Made by a program: the position numbers and the translations under genes | In this document: positions 1 through 15,000 of the stretch, piece after piece | How positions within the stretch are numbered: position 1 is the first letter of the stretch | Layout: each line of letters opens with the position of its first letter | The notes under the pieces: generated by a model | What the model was told of the DNA's origin: nothing | Database searches by the model: none | Seen by the model: the letters and a program-made list of their open reading frames with translations, nothing else | NCBI RefSeq assembly: GCF_963921235.1 | Contig: NC_086097.1 | Coordinates: forward strand, 101,310,001 to 101,374,000 | Source: Mobula hypostoma | Lineage: Eukaryota | Direction of reading: 5' to 3' | DNA: 64,000 nt

Positions 1-3000
1 ATATCCCGGGGGAGATGCGTGACTGGGATGTGATGCCCAGGGGAGATGTGTGACTGGGATGTGATGTCCCAGGGGAGATGTTTGACTGGGATGTGATGTC
101 CCAGGGGAGATGTGTGACTGGGATGTGATTCCCCAGGGGAGATGCGTGACTGAGATGTGATGGCCCAGGGGAGACGTGTGACTGGGATGTCATTCCCAGG
201 GGAGATGTCTAATTGGGATGTGATTTCCCGGGAGAGGTGGGTGACTGAGATGCGATATCCCAGGGGAGATGGGTGAGTGGAATGTGATACCCCAGGGGAG
301 ATGGGTGACTGGTATGTGATATCCCAGGGGAGATGTGTGACCGGAATGTGATGTCTGGGAGGTAATGTGTGTCTGGGATGTGATGTCCCGGGGGAGATGG
401 GTGACTGGAATGTGATTCTCCAGGGGAGATGTGTGACTGGGATGTGATGTCCCAGGGGAGATGGGTGATTGGGATGTGATAACCCAGAGGAGATGGGTGA
501 CTGGGATGTGATGTTCCTGGGGAGAAGGGTAACTGGGATGTGATATCCCAGGGGAGATGGGTTATTGGGATGTGATAACTCAGGGGAGATGGGTGAGGGG
601 GATGTGATGTCCCAGGGGAGATGGGTGACTGGGATGTGATGTCCCAGGGGAGATGGGTGATTGGGATGTGATAACCCAGAGGAGATGGGTGACTGGGATG
701 TGATGTCCCTGGGGAGATGGCTGACTGGGATGTTATGTCCCAGGGGAGATGCGTGACTGGGATGTGATGTCCCAGGGGAGATATGTGACTGGGATGTGAC
801 TCCCCGGGGGGAGAAGTGTGACTGGGATGTGATATCCCGGGGGAGATGGGTGACTGGGATGTGATTTTCCAGGGGAGATGCGTGACTGGGATGTGATGTC
901 CCAGGGGAGATGCGTGACTGGGATGTGACTCCCAGGGGGGAGAAGTGTGACTGGGATGTGATGTCCCAGGGGAAATGTGTGACTGGGATGTGATTCCCCA
1001 GGGGAGATGCGTGACTGAGATGTGATGGCCCAGGGGAGATGTGTGACTGGGATGTCATTCCCAGGGGAGATGTCTAATTGGGATGTGATTTCCCGGGGTA
1101 GGTGCATGACTGAGATGCGATGTCCCAGGGGAGATCTTTGACTTGGATGTGATGTCCCAGGGGAGATGTGTGACTGGGATGTGATTCCTCTGGGGAGATA
1201 TGTGACGGAATGCGATGTCCCAGGGGAGATGTTTGACTGGGATGTGATATCCCGAGGGAGATGGATAACTGGGATGTGATTCCCCAGCGGAGATGTGTTA
1301 CTGGGATGTGATGTCCCATGGGAGAAGGGTGAGTGGGATGTGATGTCCCCGGGGAGATGTGTGACTAGGATGTGATTCCCCAGGGGAAATGTGCGACTGG
1401 GATGTGATGTCCCGGGGGAGATGGGTGACTGGGATGTGATGTTCCAGTGGAGATGCGTGACTGGGATGTGATTCCCCAGGGGAGATGGCTGACTGGGATG
1501 TGATGTTCCAGCGGAGATGTGTGACTGGAATGTGATGTCCCGGAGGTGATGTGTAAGTGGGATGTGATGTCCCGGGGCAGATGGGTGACTGAGATGTGAT
1601 GCCCTGTGGAGATCTTTGACTTGGATGTGATGTCCCCGGGGAAATGTGTGACTGGGATGTGATTCCTCTGGGGAGATATGTGACGGAATGCGATGTCCCA
1701 GGGGAGATGTGTGACTGGGATGTGATGTCCCAGGGGAGATGGGTGACTGGGATGTGATGTCCCTGGGGAGAAGGGTAACTGGGATGTGATATCCCAGGGG
1801 AGATGTGTGACTAGGATGTGATTCCCCAGGGGAAATATGTGGCTGGGATGTGACACCCCGGGGGGAGATGCGTGACTGGGATGTGATTCCCCAGGGGAGA
1901 CAGGTGACTGGGATGTGATGTTCCAGGGGAGATGTGTGACTGGAATGTGATGTCCCGGAGGTGATGTGTGACTGGGATGTGATGTCCCGGGCAGATGGGT
2001 GACTGGAATATGATTCCCCAGGGGAGATGTGAGACTTGGATGTGATGTGCCGGGGGAGATGTGTGACTGGGATGTGACCTTCCAGGTGTGGTGTGTGCTG
2101 GAATGTGATGTACCAGGGGAGATGTCTGACTGGGATGTGATTCCCCAGGGGAGATGGGTGACTGGGATGTGATACCGCAGTGGAGATGGGTGAATGGGAT
2201 GTGATGTCCCAGAGGAGATGGGTGACGAGGATGTGATGTCCCGGAGGAGATGGGTGACTGGGATTTGATGCCCCAAGAGAGATGTGTGACTGGGATGTGA
2301 CGTTCCATTTGTGGTGTGTGCTGGGATGTGATGTTCCAGGGGAGATGTGTGACTGGAATGTGATGTCCTGGAGGTGAAGTGTGACTGGGATGTGATGTCC
2401 CAGGGGAGATGTGTGACTGGGATGAGATTTCCCAGGGGAGATGGGTGACTGGGATGTGATTCCCCAGGGGTGATGTGTGACTGGGATGTGATTTCCCAGG
2501 GGAGGAGTGTGATGGGGATGTGATTCCCCAGGGGCGATGGGTGACTGGGATGTGACATTCCAATTGTAGTGTGTGCTCGGATGTTATGTGCCAGAGGAGA
2601 TGAGTGACTGGGAAGTGATGCCCCAGGGCAGATGTGTGACTGGGATGTGATGTCCCAGGGGAGACGTGTGACTAGGATGTGATGTCCCAGAGGAGATGGG
2701 TGACTAGGATGTGATGTCCAGGGGGAGATGGGTGACTGGGATGTCATATTCCAGGGGAGATGCGTGACTGGGATGTGATTCCTCAGCGGAGATGGGTGAC
2801 TGGGATGTGATGTTCCAAGGGAGATGTGTGACTGGGATGTGACGTTCCATTTGTGGTGTGTGCTGGGATGTGATGTTCCAGGAGAGATGTGTGACTGGAA
2901 TGTGATGTCCTGGAGGTGAAGTGTGACTGGGATGTGATGTCCCAGGGGAGATGTGTGACTGGGATGTGATTTCCCAGGGGAGATGGGTGACTGGGATGTG

Positions 3001-6000
3001 ATTCCCCAAGGGAGATGTGTGACTGGGATGTGATGCCCCGGGGCAGATGGATGACTGGGATGTGATTTCCCAGGGGAGGAGTGTGATGGGGATGTGATTC
3101 CCCAGGGCCGATGGGTGATTGGGATGTGACGTTCCAATTGTGGTGTGTGCTGGGATGTGATGTGCCAGAGGAGATGGGTGACTGGGATGTGATGCCCCAG
3201 GGCAGATGTGTGACTGGGATGTGATGTGCCAGAGGAGATGGGTGACTGGGATGTGATGCCCCAGGGGAGATGTGTGACTGGGATGTGATGTCCCAGGGGA
3301 GATGTGTGACTGGGATGTGATTCCCCAGGGGAGATGGGTGACTGGGATGTGTTGTTCCAGGGGAGATGTGTGATTGGAATGTGATGTCCCGGAGGTGAAG
3401 TGTGACTGGGATGTGATGTCCCGGGGGAGATGGGTGACTGGGATGTGATTCCCCAGGGGAGATGTGTGACTGGGATGTGATGTCCCAGGGCAGATGGATG
3501 ACTGGGATGTGATTTCCCAGGGGAGGAATGTGATGAGGATATGATTCCCCTGGGGCGATGGGTGACTGGAATGTGATGTTCCAGGTGTGGTGTGTGCTGG
3601 GATATGATGTCCCAGAGGAGATGGGTGACTGGGATGTGATGTCCCTGGGGAGATGGCTGACTGGGATGTTATGTCCCAGGGGAGATGTGTGACTGGGATG
3701 TGATGTCCCAGGGGAGATGTGTGACTGGGATGTGATGTCCCTGGGGAGATGGCTGACTGGGATGTTATGTCCCAGGGGAGATGTGCGACTGGGATGTGAT
3801 GTCCCGGGGGAGATGGGTAACTGGGATGTCATATTCCAGGGGAGATGTGTGACTGGGATGTGATTCCCAGGGGAGATGTGTGACTGGGATGTGATTCCCA
3901 GGCGAAATGTGTGACTGGGATGTGATGTCCCAGGGGAGATGTTTGACTGGGATGTGATTACCCAGCGGAGATGTGTTACTGGGATGTGATGTCCCATGGG
4001 AGAAGGGTAAGTGGGATGTGATGTCCCCGGGGAGATGTGTGACTAGGATGTGATTCCCCAGGGGAAATGTGCGACTGGGATGTGATGTCCCGGGGGAGAT
4101 GGGTGACTGGGATGTGATGTCCCGGGGAGATGGATGACTGGGATGTGATTCCCAAGGGGATGTGATTCCCCAGGTGCGATGGGTGACTGGGAGGTGACCT
4201 TCCAGGTGTGGTGTGTGCTGGGATGTGATGTACCAGGGGAGGAGTGTGATGTGGATGTGATTCCCCAGGGGCGATGGGTGACTGGGATGTGACCTTCCAG
4301 CTGTGGTGTGTGCTGGGATGTGATGTACCAGGGGAGATGTCTGACTGGGATGTGATTCCCCAGGGGAGATGGGTGACTGGGATGTGATACCGCAGTGGAG
4401 ATGGGTGACTAGGATGTGATGTCCCGGAGGAGATAGGTGATTGGGATGTGATGCCCCAGGGAAGATGGGTGACTGGGATGTGATGTCCCAGAGGAGATGG
4501 GTGACTAGGATGTGATGTCCCAGAGGAGATGGGTGACTGGGATGTGATGCCCCACGGGAGATGTGTGACTGGGATGTGATGTCCCAGGGGAAATGTGTGA
4601 CTGGGATGTGATTCCCCAGGGGAGATGCGTGACTGAGATGTGATGGCCCAGGGGAGATGTGTGACTGGGATGTCATTCCCAGGGGAGATGTCTAATTGGG
4701 ATGTGATTTCCCGGGGTAGGTGCATGACTGAGATGCGATGTCCCAGGGGAGATCTTTGACTTGGATGTGATGTCCCAGGGGAGATGTGTGACTGGGATGT
4801 GATTCCTCTGGGGAGATATGTGACGGAATGCGATGTCCCAGGGGAGATGTTTGACTGGGATGTGATATCCCGGGGGAGATGGATAACTGGGATGTGATTC
4901 CCCAGCGGAGATGTGTGACTGGGATGTGATGTCCCATGGGAGAAGGGTGAGTGGGATGTGATCTCCCCGGGGAGATGTGTTACTGGGATGTGATTCCCCA
5001 GGGGAAATGTGCGACTGGGATGTGATGTCCTGGGGGAGATGGGTGACTGGGATGTGATGTTCCAGGTGAGATGTGTGACTGGGATGTGATTCCCCAGGGG
5101 AGATGGCTGACTGGGATGTGATGTTCCAGCGGAGATGTGTGACTGGAATGTGATGTCCCGGAGGTGATGTGTAAGTGGGATGTGATGTCCCAGGGCAGAT
5201 GGGTGACTGAGATGTGATGCCCTGTGGAGATCTTTGACTTGGATGTGATGTCCCCAGGGAAATGTGTGACTGGGATGTGATTCCTCTGGGGAGATATGTG
5301 ACGGAATGCGATGTCCCAAGGGAGATGTGTGACTGGGATGTGATGTCCCAGGGGAGATGGGTGACTGGGATGTGATGTCCCTGGGGAGAAGGGTAACTGG
5401 GATGTGATATCCCAGGGGAGATGTGTGACTAGGATGTGATTCCCCAGGGGAAATATGTGGCTGGGATGTGACACCCCGGGGGGAGATGCGTGACTGGGAT
5501 GTGATTCCCCATGTGAGATGGGTGACTGGGATGTGATGTTCCAGGGGAGATGTGTGACTGAAATGTGATGTCCCGGATGTGATGTGTGACGGGGATGTGA
5601 TGTCCCGGGCAGATGGGTGACTGGAATATGATTCCCCAGGGGAGATGTGAGACTTGGATGTGATGTGCCGGGGGAGATGTGTGACTGGGATGTGACCTTC
5701 CAGGTGTGGTGTGTGCTGGAATGTGATGTACCAGGGGAGATGTGTGACTGGGATGTGATTCCCCAGGGGAGATGGGTGACTGGGATGTGATACCGCAGTG
5801 GAGATGGGTGAATGGGATGTGATGTCCCAGAGGAGATGGGTGACGAGGATGTGATGTCCCGGAGGAGATGGGTGACTGGGATTTGATGCCCCAAGAGAGA
5901 TGTGTGACTGGGATGTGACGTTCCATTTGTGGTGTGTGCTGGGATGTGATGTTCCAGGGGAGATGTGTGACTGGAATGTGATGTCCTGGAGGGGAAGTGT

Positions 6001-9000
6001 GACTGGGATGTGATGTCCCAGGGGAGATGTGTGACTGGGATGTGATTTCCCAGGGGAGATGGGTGACTGGGATGTGATTCCCCAGGGGAGATGTGTGACT
6101 GGGATGTGATTCCACAGGGGAGGTGTGTGATGGGGATGTGATTCCCCAGGGGAGATGGGTGACTGGGATGTGACATTCCAATTGTAGTGTGTGCTCGGAT
6201 GTTATGTGCCAGAGGAGATGAGTGACTGGGAAGTGATGCCCCAGGGCAGATGTGTGACTGGGATGTGATGTCCCAGGGGAGATGGCTGACTGGGATGTGA
6301 TGCCCCAGGGGAGACGTGTGACTAGGATGTGATGTCCCAGAGGAGATGGGTGACTAGGATGTGATGTCCAGGGGGAGATGGGTGACTGGGATGTCATATT
6401 CCAGGGGAGATGCGTGACTGGGATGTGATTCCTCAGCGGAGATGGGTGACTGGGATGTGATGTTCCAAGGGAGATGTGTGACTGGGATGTGACGTTCCAT
6501 TTGTGGTGTGTGCTGGGATGTGATGTTCCAGGAGAGATGTGTGACTGGAATGTGATGTCCTGGAGGTGAAGTGTGACTGGGATGTGATGTCCCAGGGGAG
6601 ATGTGTGACTGGGATGTGATTTCCCAGGGGAGATGGGTGACTGGGATGTGATTTCCCAGGGGAGATGTGTGACTGGGATGTGATTCCCAGAGGAGATGGA
6701 TGACTGGGATGTGATTCCACAGGGGAGGTGTGTGATGGGGATGTGATTCCCCAGGGCCGATGGGTGATTGGGATGTGACGTTCCAATTGTGGTGTGTGCT
6801 GGGATGTGATGTGCCAGAGGAGATGGGTGACTGGGATGTGATTCCCCAGGGGAGATGTGTGACTGGGATGTGATGTCCCAGAGGAGATGGGTGACTGGGA
6901 TGTGATGCCCCGAGAGCAATGTGTGACTGAGACGTGATGTCCCACGGATGTGTGACTGGGATGTGATTCCCCATGTGAGATGGGTGACTGGGATGAGATG
7001 TTCCAGGGGAGATGTGTGACTGTAATGTGATGTCCCGGAGGTGAAGTGTGACTGGGATGTGATGTCCCGGGGGAGATGGGTGACTGGGATGTGATTCCCC
7101 AGGGGAGATGTGTGACTGGGATGTGATGTCCCAGGGGAGATGGATGACTGGGATGTGATTTCCCAGGGGAGGAATGTGATGAGGATATGATTCCCCTGGG
7201 GCGATGGGTGACTGGAATGTGATGTTCCAGGTGTGGTGTGTGCTGGGATATGATGTCCCAGAGGAGATGGGTGACTGGGATGTGATGTCCCTGGGGAGAT
7301 GGCTGACTGGGATGTTATGTCCCAGGGGAGATGGGTGACTGGGATGTGATGTCCCAGGGGAGATGTGTGACTGGGATGTGATGTCCCGGGGGAGATGTGT
7401 GACTGGGATGTGATGTCCCAGGGGAGATGTGTGACTGGGATGTGATGTCCCGGGGGAGATGGGTGACTGGGATGTCATATTCCAGAGGAGATGCGTGACT
7501 GGGATGTGATTCCCAGGGGAGATGTGTGACTGGGATGTGATGTCCCAGGGGAGATGTGTGACTGGGATGTGATGTCCCAGGGGAGATGTTTGACTGGGAT
7601 GTGATTCCCCAGCGGAGATGTGTGACTGGGATGTGATGTCCCATGGGAGAAGGGTGAGTGGGATGTGATGTCCCCGGGGAGATGTGTTACTGGGATGTGA
7701 TTCCCCAGGGGAAATGTGCAACTGGGATGTGATGTCCCGGGGGAGATGGGTGACTGGGATGTGATGTCCCGGGGAGATGGATGACTGGGATGTGATTCCC
7801 AAGGGGATGTGATTCCCCAGGTGCGATGGGTGACTGGGAGGTGACCTTCCAGGTGTGGTGTGTGCTGGGATGTGATGTACCAGGGGAGGAGTGTGATGTG
7901 GATGTGATTCCCCAGGGGAGATGGGTGACTGGGATGTGACCTTCCAGCTGTGGTGTGTGACTGGGATGTGATGTACCAGGGGAGATGTGTGACTGGGATG
8001 TGATTCCCCAGGGGAGATGGGTGACTGGGATGTGATACCGCAGTGGAGATGGGTGACTAGGATGTGATGTCCCGGAGGAGATAGGTGATTGGGATGTGAT
8101 GCCCCAGGGGAGATGGGTGACTGGGATGTGATGTCCCAGAGGAGATGGGTGACTAGGATGTGATGTCCCGGAGGAGATGGGTGACTGGGATGTGATGTCC
8201 CAGGGGAGATGGGTGACTGGGATGTGATGTCCCAGGGGAGATGTGTGACTGGGATGTGATGTTCCAGGGGAGATGGGTGACTGGGATGTGATGTCCCGGA
8301 GGTGAAGTGTGACTGGGATGTGATGTCCCAGGGGAGATGTGTGACTGGGATGTGATTTCCCAGGGGAGATGGGTGACTGGGATGTGATGTCCCAGGGGAG
8401 ATGTGTGACTGGAATGTGATGTCCCGGAGGTGATGTGTGATTGGGATGTGATGTCCCAGGGGAGATGTTTGACTGGGATGTGATATCCCAGGGGAGATGG
8501 GTGATTGGGATGTGATAACCCAGGGGAGATAGGTGATTGGGATGTGATGTCCCAGTGGAGAAGCGTAACTGGGATGTGATTCCCCAGAGGAGATGTGTGA
8601 CTGGAATGTGATGTCCCGGAGGTGATGTGTGACTGGGATGTGATGTCCCAGGGGAGATGTGTGACTGGGATGTCATTCCCAGGGGAGATGTCTAATTGGG
8701 ATGTGATTTCCCGGGAGAGGTGGGTGACTGAGATGCGATATCCCAGGGGAGATGGGTGAGTGGAATGTGATACCCCAGGGGAGATGGGTGACTGGTATGT
8801 GATATCCCAGGGGAGATGTGTGACCGGAATGTGATGTCTGGGAGGTAATGTGTGTCTGGGATGTGATGTCCCGGGGGAGATGGGTGACTGGAATGTGATT
8901 CTCCAGGGCAGATGTGTGACTGGGATGTGATGTGCCAGAGGAGATGGGTGACTGGGATGTGATGCCCCAGGGGAGATGTGTGACTGGGATGTGATGTCCC

Positions 9001-12000
9001 AGGGGAGATGTGTGACTGGGATGTGATTCCCCAGGGGAGATGCGTGACTGAGATGTGATGGCCCAGGGGAGACGTGTGACTGGGATGTCATTCCCAGGGG
9101 AGATGTCTAATTGGGATGTGATTTCCCGGGAGAGGTGGGTGACTGAGATGCGATATCCCAGGGGAGATGGGTGAGTGGAATGTGATACCCCAGGGGAGAT
9201 GGGTGACTGGGATGTGATATCCCAGGGGAGATGTGTGACCGGAATGTGATGTCTGGGAGGTAATGTGTGTCTGGGATGTGATGTCCCGGGGGAGATGGGT
9301 GACTGGAATGTGATTCTCCAGGGGAGATGTGTGACTGGGATGTGATGTCCCAGGGGAGATGGGTGATTGGGATGTGATAACCCAGAGGAGATGGGTGACT
9401 GGGATGTGATGTTCCTGGGGAGAAGGGTAACTGGGATGTGATATCCCAGGGGAGATGGGTGAGTGGGATGTGATAACCCAGGGGAGATGGGTGACTGGGA
9501 TGTGATGTCCCAGGGGAGATGGGTGACTGGGATGTGATGTCCCAGGGGAGATGGGTGATTGGGATGTGATAACCCAGAGGAGATGGGTGACTGGGATGTG
9601 ATGTCCCTGGGGAGATGGGTGACTGGGATGTGATGTCCCAGGGGAGATGCGTGACTGGGATGTGATGTCCCAGGGGAGATGCGTGACTGGGATGTGACTC
9701 CCAGGGGAGATGTGTGACTGGGATGTGATGTCCCAGGGGAGATGTGTGACTGGGATGTGATTTTCCAGGGGAGATGCGTGACTGGGATGTGATGTCCCAG
9801 GGGAGATGCGTGACTGGGATGTGATTCACAGGGGGGAGATGTGTGACTGGGATGTGATGTCCCAGGGGAAATGTGTGACTGGGATGTGATTCCCCATGGG
9901 AGATGCGTGACTGAGATGTGATGGCCCAGGGGAGATGTGTGACTGGGATGTCATTCCCAGGGGAGATGTCTAATTGGGATGTGATTTCCCGGGGTAGGTG
10001 CATGACTGAGATGCGATGTCCCAGGGGAGATCTTTGACTTGGATGTGATGTCCCAGGGGAGATGTGTGACTGGGATGTGATTCCTCTGGGGAGATATGTG
10101 ACTGGGATGTGATGTCCCAGGGGAGATGTTTGACTGGGATGTGATATCCCGGGGGAGATGGATAACTGGGATGTGATTCCCCAGCGGAGATGTGTGACTG
10201 GGATGTGATGTCCCATGGGAGAAGGGTGAATGGGATGTGATCTCCCCGGGGAGATGTGTTACTGGGATGTGATTATCCAGGGGAAATGTGCAACTGGGAT
10301 GTGATGTTCCAGGGGAGATGCGTGACTGGGATGTGATGTTCCAGGGGAGATGCGTGACTGGGATGTGATTCCCCAGGGGAGATGGCTGACTGGGATGTGA
10401 TGTTGCAGCGGAGATGTGTGACTGGAATGTGATGTCCCGGAGGTGATGTGTAAGTGGGATGTGATGTCCCGGGGCAGATGGGTGACTGAGATGTGATGCC
10501 CTGTGGAGATCTTTGACTTGGATGTGATGTCCCCAGGGAAATGTGTGACTGGGATGTGATTCCTCTGGGGAGATATGTGACGGAATGCGATGTCCCAAGG
10601 GAGATGTGTGACTGGGATGTGTTGTCCCAGGGGAGATGGGTGACTGGGATGTGATGTCCCTGGGGAGAAGGGTAACTGGGATGTGATATCCCAGGGGAGA
10701 TGTGTGACTAGGATGTGATTCCCCAGGGGAAATATGTGGCTGGGATGTGACACCCCGGGGGGAGATGCGTGACTGGGATGTGATTTCCCAGGGGATATGT
10801 GTGACTGGGATGTGATTCTCCAGGGGAGAAGAATGATTGGGATGCGATGTCCCAGGGGAGATGGGTGACTGGAATGTGATGTCCCGGAGGTGATGTGTGA
10901 CTGGGATGTGATGTCCCGGAGCAGATGGTTGACTGGGATGTGATGCCCCAGGGGAGATCTGTGACCGGGATGTGATGTCCCAGGGCACACGTGTGACTGG
11001 GATGTGATTTCCCAGGGGAGATGTGTGACTGGGATGTCATTCCCAGGGGAGATGTCTAATTAGGATGTGATTTGCCAGGGGAGGTGGGTGACTGAGATGC
11101 GATGTCCCAGGGGAGATGTGTGATTGGGATGTGATGTCCCAGGGGAGATGTTTGACTGGGATGTGATATCCCAGGGGAGATGGGTGAGTGGGATGTGATA
11201 CCCCAGGGGAGATGGGTGACTGGGATGTGATGTCCCAGGGGAGATGGATGACTGGGATGTGATTCCACAGGGGAGGTGTGTGATGGGGATGTGATTCCTC
11301 AGGGGCGATGGGTGACTGGGATGTGAGTCCCCAGGGGAGATGGGAGACTGGGATGTGATGTCGCTGGGGAGATCTGTGACTGGGATCTGATGTCCCGTGA
11401 GAGATGGGTGACTGAGATGTGATGGCCCAGGCGAGATGTGTGACTGGGATGTGATGTCCCAGGGGAGATGTTTGACTGGGATGTGATATCCCGGGGGAGA
11501 TGGATAACTGGGATGTGATTCCCCAGCGGAGATGTGTGACTGGGATGTGATGTCCCATGGGAGAAGGGTGAGTGGGATGTGATGTCCCCGGGGAGATGTG
11601 TGACTGGGATGTGATTCCCCAGGGGAGATGTGTGACTGGGATGTGATGTCCCAGGGGAGATGTTTGACTGGGATGTGATATTCCAGGGGATATGGGTGAT
11701 TGGGATGTGATTCCCCAGGGGAGATGTGCGACTGGGATGTGATGTCCCGGGGGAGATGGGTGACTGGGATGTCATATACCAGAGGAGATGCGTGACTGGG
11801 ATGTGATTCCCCAGGGGAGATGGGTGACTGGGATGTGATGTTCCAGGGGAGATGGTGACTGAGATGTGATTTCCCTGGGGAGATGTGTGACTGGGATGTG
11901 ATTCCCCAGGGGAGATGTGCGACTGGGATGTGATGTCCCGGGGGAGATGGGTGACTGGGATGTCATATTCCAGAGGAGATGCGTGACTGGGATGTGATTC

Positions 12001-15000
12001 CCCAGGGGAGATGGGTGACTGGGATGTGATGTTCCAGGGGAGATGGTGACTGAGATGTGATTTCTCTGGGGAGATGTGTGACTGGGATGTGATTCCCCAG
12101 GGGAGATGTGTGACTGGGATGTGATATCCCAGGGGAGATGTTTGACTGGGATGTGATATCCCAGGGGAGATGGGTGAGTGGGATGTGATACCCCAGGGGA
12201 GATGGGTGACTGGGATGTGATGTCCCAGGGGAGATGAGTGACTGGGATTTGATTCCCCAGGGGAGATGTGCGACTGGGATGTGATGTCTCGGAGGTGATG
12301 TGTGACGGGGATGTGATGTTCCAGGGGAGATGGTGACTGAGATGTGATTTCCCTGGAGAGATGTGTGACTGGGATGTGATTCCCTAGGGGAGATGTGTGA
12401 CTGGGATGTGATTCCCCAGGGGAGATGGGTGACTGGGATGTGATACCGCAGTGGAGATGGGTGACTGGGATGTGGTGTCCCACAGGCGATGGGAGACTAG
12501 GATGTGATGTCCCGGAGGAGCTAGGTGATTGGGATGTGATGCGCCAGGGGAGACGTGTGACTGGGATGTGATGTCCCAGAGGAGATGGGTGACTAGGATG
12601 TGATGTCCCGGAGGAGATGGGTGACTGGGATGTGATGTCCCCAGGGGAGATGGGAGACTGGGATGTGATTCCCAAGGGCATGTGTGTGATGGGGATGTGA
12701 TTTCCCTGGAGAGATGTGTAACTGGGATGTGATGTCCCAGGGGAGATGGGTGACTGGGATGTGATGTCCCAGGGGAGATGGGAGACTGGGATGTGAGTCC
12801 CCAGGGGAGATGGGAGACTGGGATGTGATGTCGCTGGGGAGATCTCTGACTGGGATCTGATGTCCCGGGAGAGATGGGTGACTGAGGTGTGATGGCCCAG
12901 GCGAGATGTTTGACTGGGATGTGATATCCCGGGGGAGATGGATGACTGGGATGTGATGTCCCGGGGGAGATGGGTGACTGGGATGTGATGTTCCAGGGGA
13001 GATGCGTGACTGGGATGTGATTCCCCAGGGGAGATGTGCGACTGGGATGTGATGTCCCGGGGGAGATGGGTGACTGGGATGTCATATTCCAGAGGAGATG
13101 CGTGACTGGGATGTGATTCCCCAGGGGAGATGGGTGACTGGGATGTGATGTTCCAGGGGAGATGTGTGACTGGAATGTGATGTCCCGGAGGTGATGTGTG
13201 ACTGGGATGTGATGTCCCGGGGGAGATGGGTGACTGGAATGTGATTCCCCAGGGGAGATGTGTGACTGGGATGTGATGTCCCAGGGGAGATGTTTGACTG
13301 GGATGTGATATCCCAGGGGAGATGGGTGATTGGGATGTGATTCCCCAGGGGAGATGTGCGACTGGGATGTGATGTCCCGGGGGAGATGGGTGACTGGGAT
13401 GTCATGTTCCAGAGGAGATGCGTGACTGGGATGTGATTCCCCAGGGGAGATGGGTGACTGGGATGTGATGTTCCAGGGGAGATGTGTGACTGGAATGTGA
13501 TGTCCCAGAGGTGATGTGTGACTGCGATGTGATGTCCCGGGGGAGATGGGTGACTGGAATGTGATTCCCCAGGGGAGATGTTTGACTGGGATGTGATATT
13601 CCAGGGGATATGGGTGATTGGGATGTGATTCCCCAGGGGAGATGTGCGACTGGGATGTGATGTCCCGGGGGAGATGGGTGACTGGGATGTCATATACCAG
13701 AGGAGATGCGTGACTGGGATGTGATTCCCCAGGGGAGATGGGTGACTGGGATGTGATGTTCCAGGGGAGATGGTGACTGAGATGTGATTTCCCTGGGGAG
13801 ATGTGCGACTGGGATGTGATGTCCCGGGGGAGATGGGTGACTGGGATGTCATATACCAGAGGAGATGCGTGACTGGGATGTGATTCCCCAGGGGAGATGG
13901 GTGACTGGGATGTGATGTTCCAGGGGAGATGGTGACTGAGATGTGATTTCCCTGGGGAGATGTGTGACTGGGATGTGATTCCCCAGGGGAGATGTTTGAC
14001 TGGGATGTGATGTCCCAGGGGAGATGGGTGACTGGGATGTGATGTCCCAGGGGAGATGGGAGACTGGGATGTGAGTCCCCAGGGGAGATGGGAGACTGGG
14101 ATGTGATGTCGCTGGGGAGATCTCTGACTGGGATCTGATGTCCCGGGGCAGAAGGGTGACTGAGATGTGATGCCCTGTGGAGATCTTTGACTTGGATGTG
14201 ATGTCCCCGGGGAAATGTGTGACTGGGATGTGATTCCTCTGGGGAGATATGTGACGGAATGCGATGTCCCAGGGGAGATGTTTGACTGGGATGTGATATC
14301 CCGAGGGAGATGGATGACTGGGATGTGATTCCCCAGGGGAGATGTGTGACTGGGATGTGATGTCCCAGGGGAGATGGGTGACTGGGATGTGATGTCCCAG
14401 GGGAGATGTGTGACTGGGATGTGATTCCCCAGGGGAGATGTGCGACTGGGATGTGATGTCCCGGGGGAGATGGGTGACTGGGATGTGATGTTCCAGTGGA
14501 GATGCGTGACTGGGATGTGATTCCCCAGGGGAGATGGTGACTGGGATGTGATGTCCCAGGGGAGATGGGTGACTGGGATGTGATGTCCCAGGGGAGATGT
14601 GTGACTGGGATGTGATGTCCCCAGGGGAGATGGGAGACTGGGATGTGATGTCGCTGGGGAGATCTCTGACTGGGATCTGATGTCCCGGGGCAGATGGGTG
14701 ACTGAGATGTGATGCCCTGTGGAGATCTTTGACTTGGATGTGATGTCCCCGGGGAAATGTGTGACTGGGATGTGATTCCTCTGGGGAGATATGTGACGGA
14801 ATGTGATGTCCCAGGGGAGATGTTTGACTGGGATGTGATATCCCGGGGGAGATGGGTGACTGGGATGTGATTCCCCAGCGGAGATGTGTGACTGGGATGT
14901 GATGTCCCATGGGAGAAGGGTGAGTGGGATGTGATGTCCCCGGGGAGATGTGTGACTGGGATGTGATTCCCCAGGGGAGATGTGCGACTGGGATGTGATG

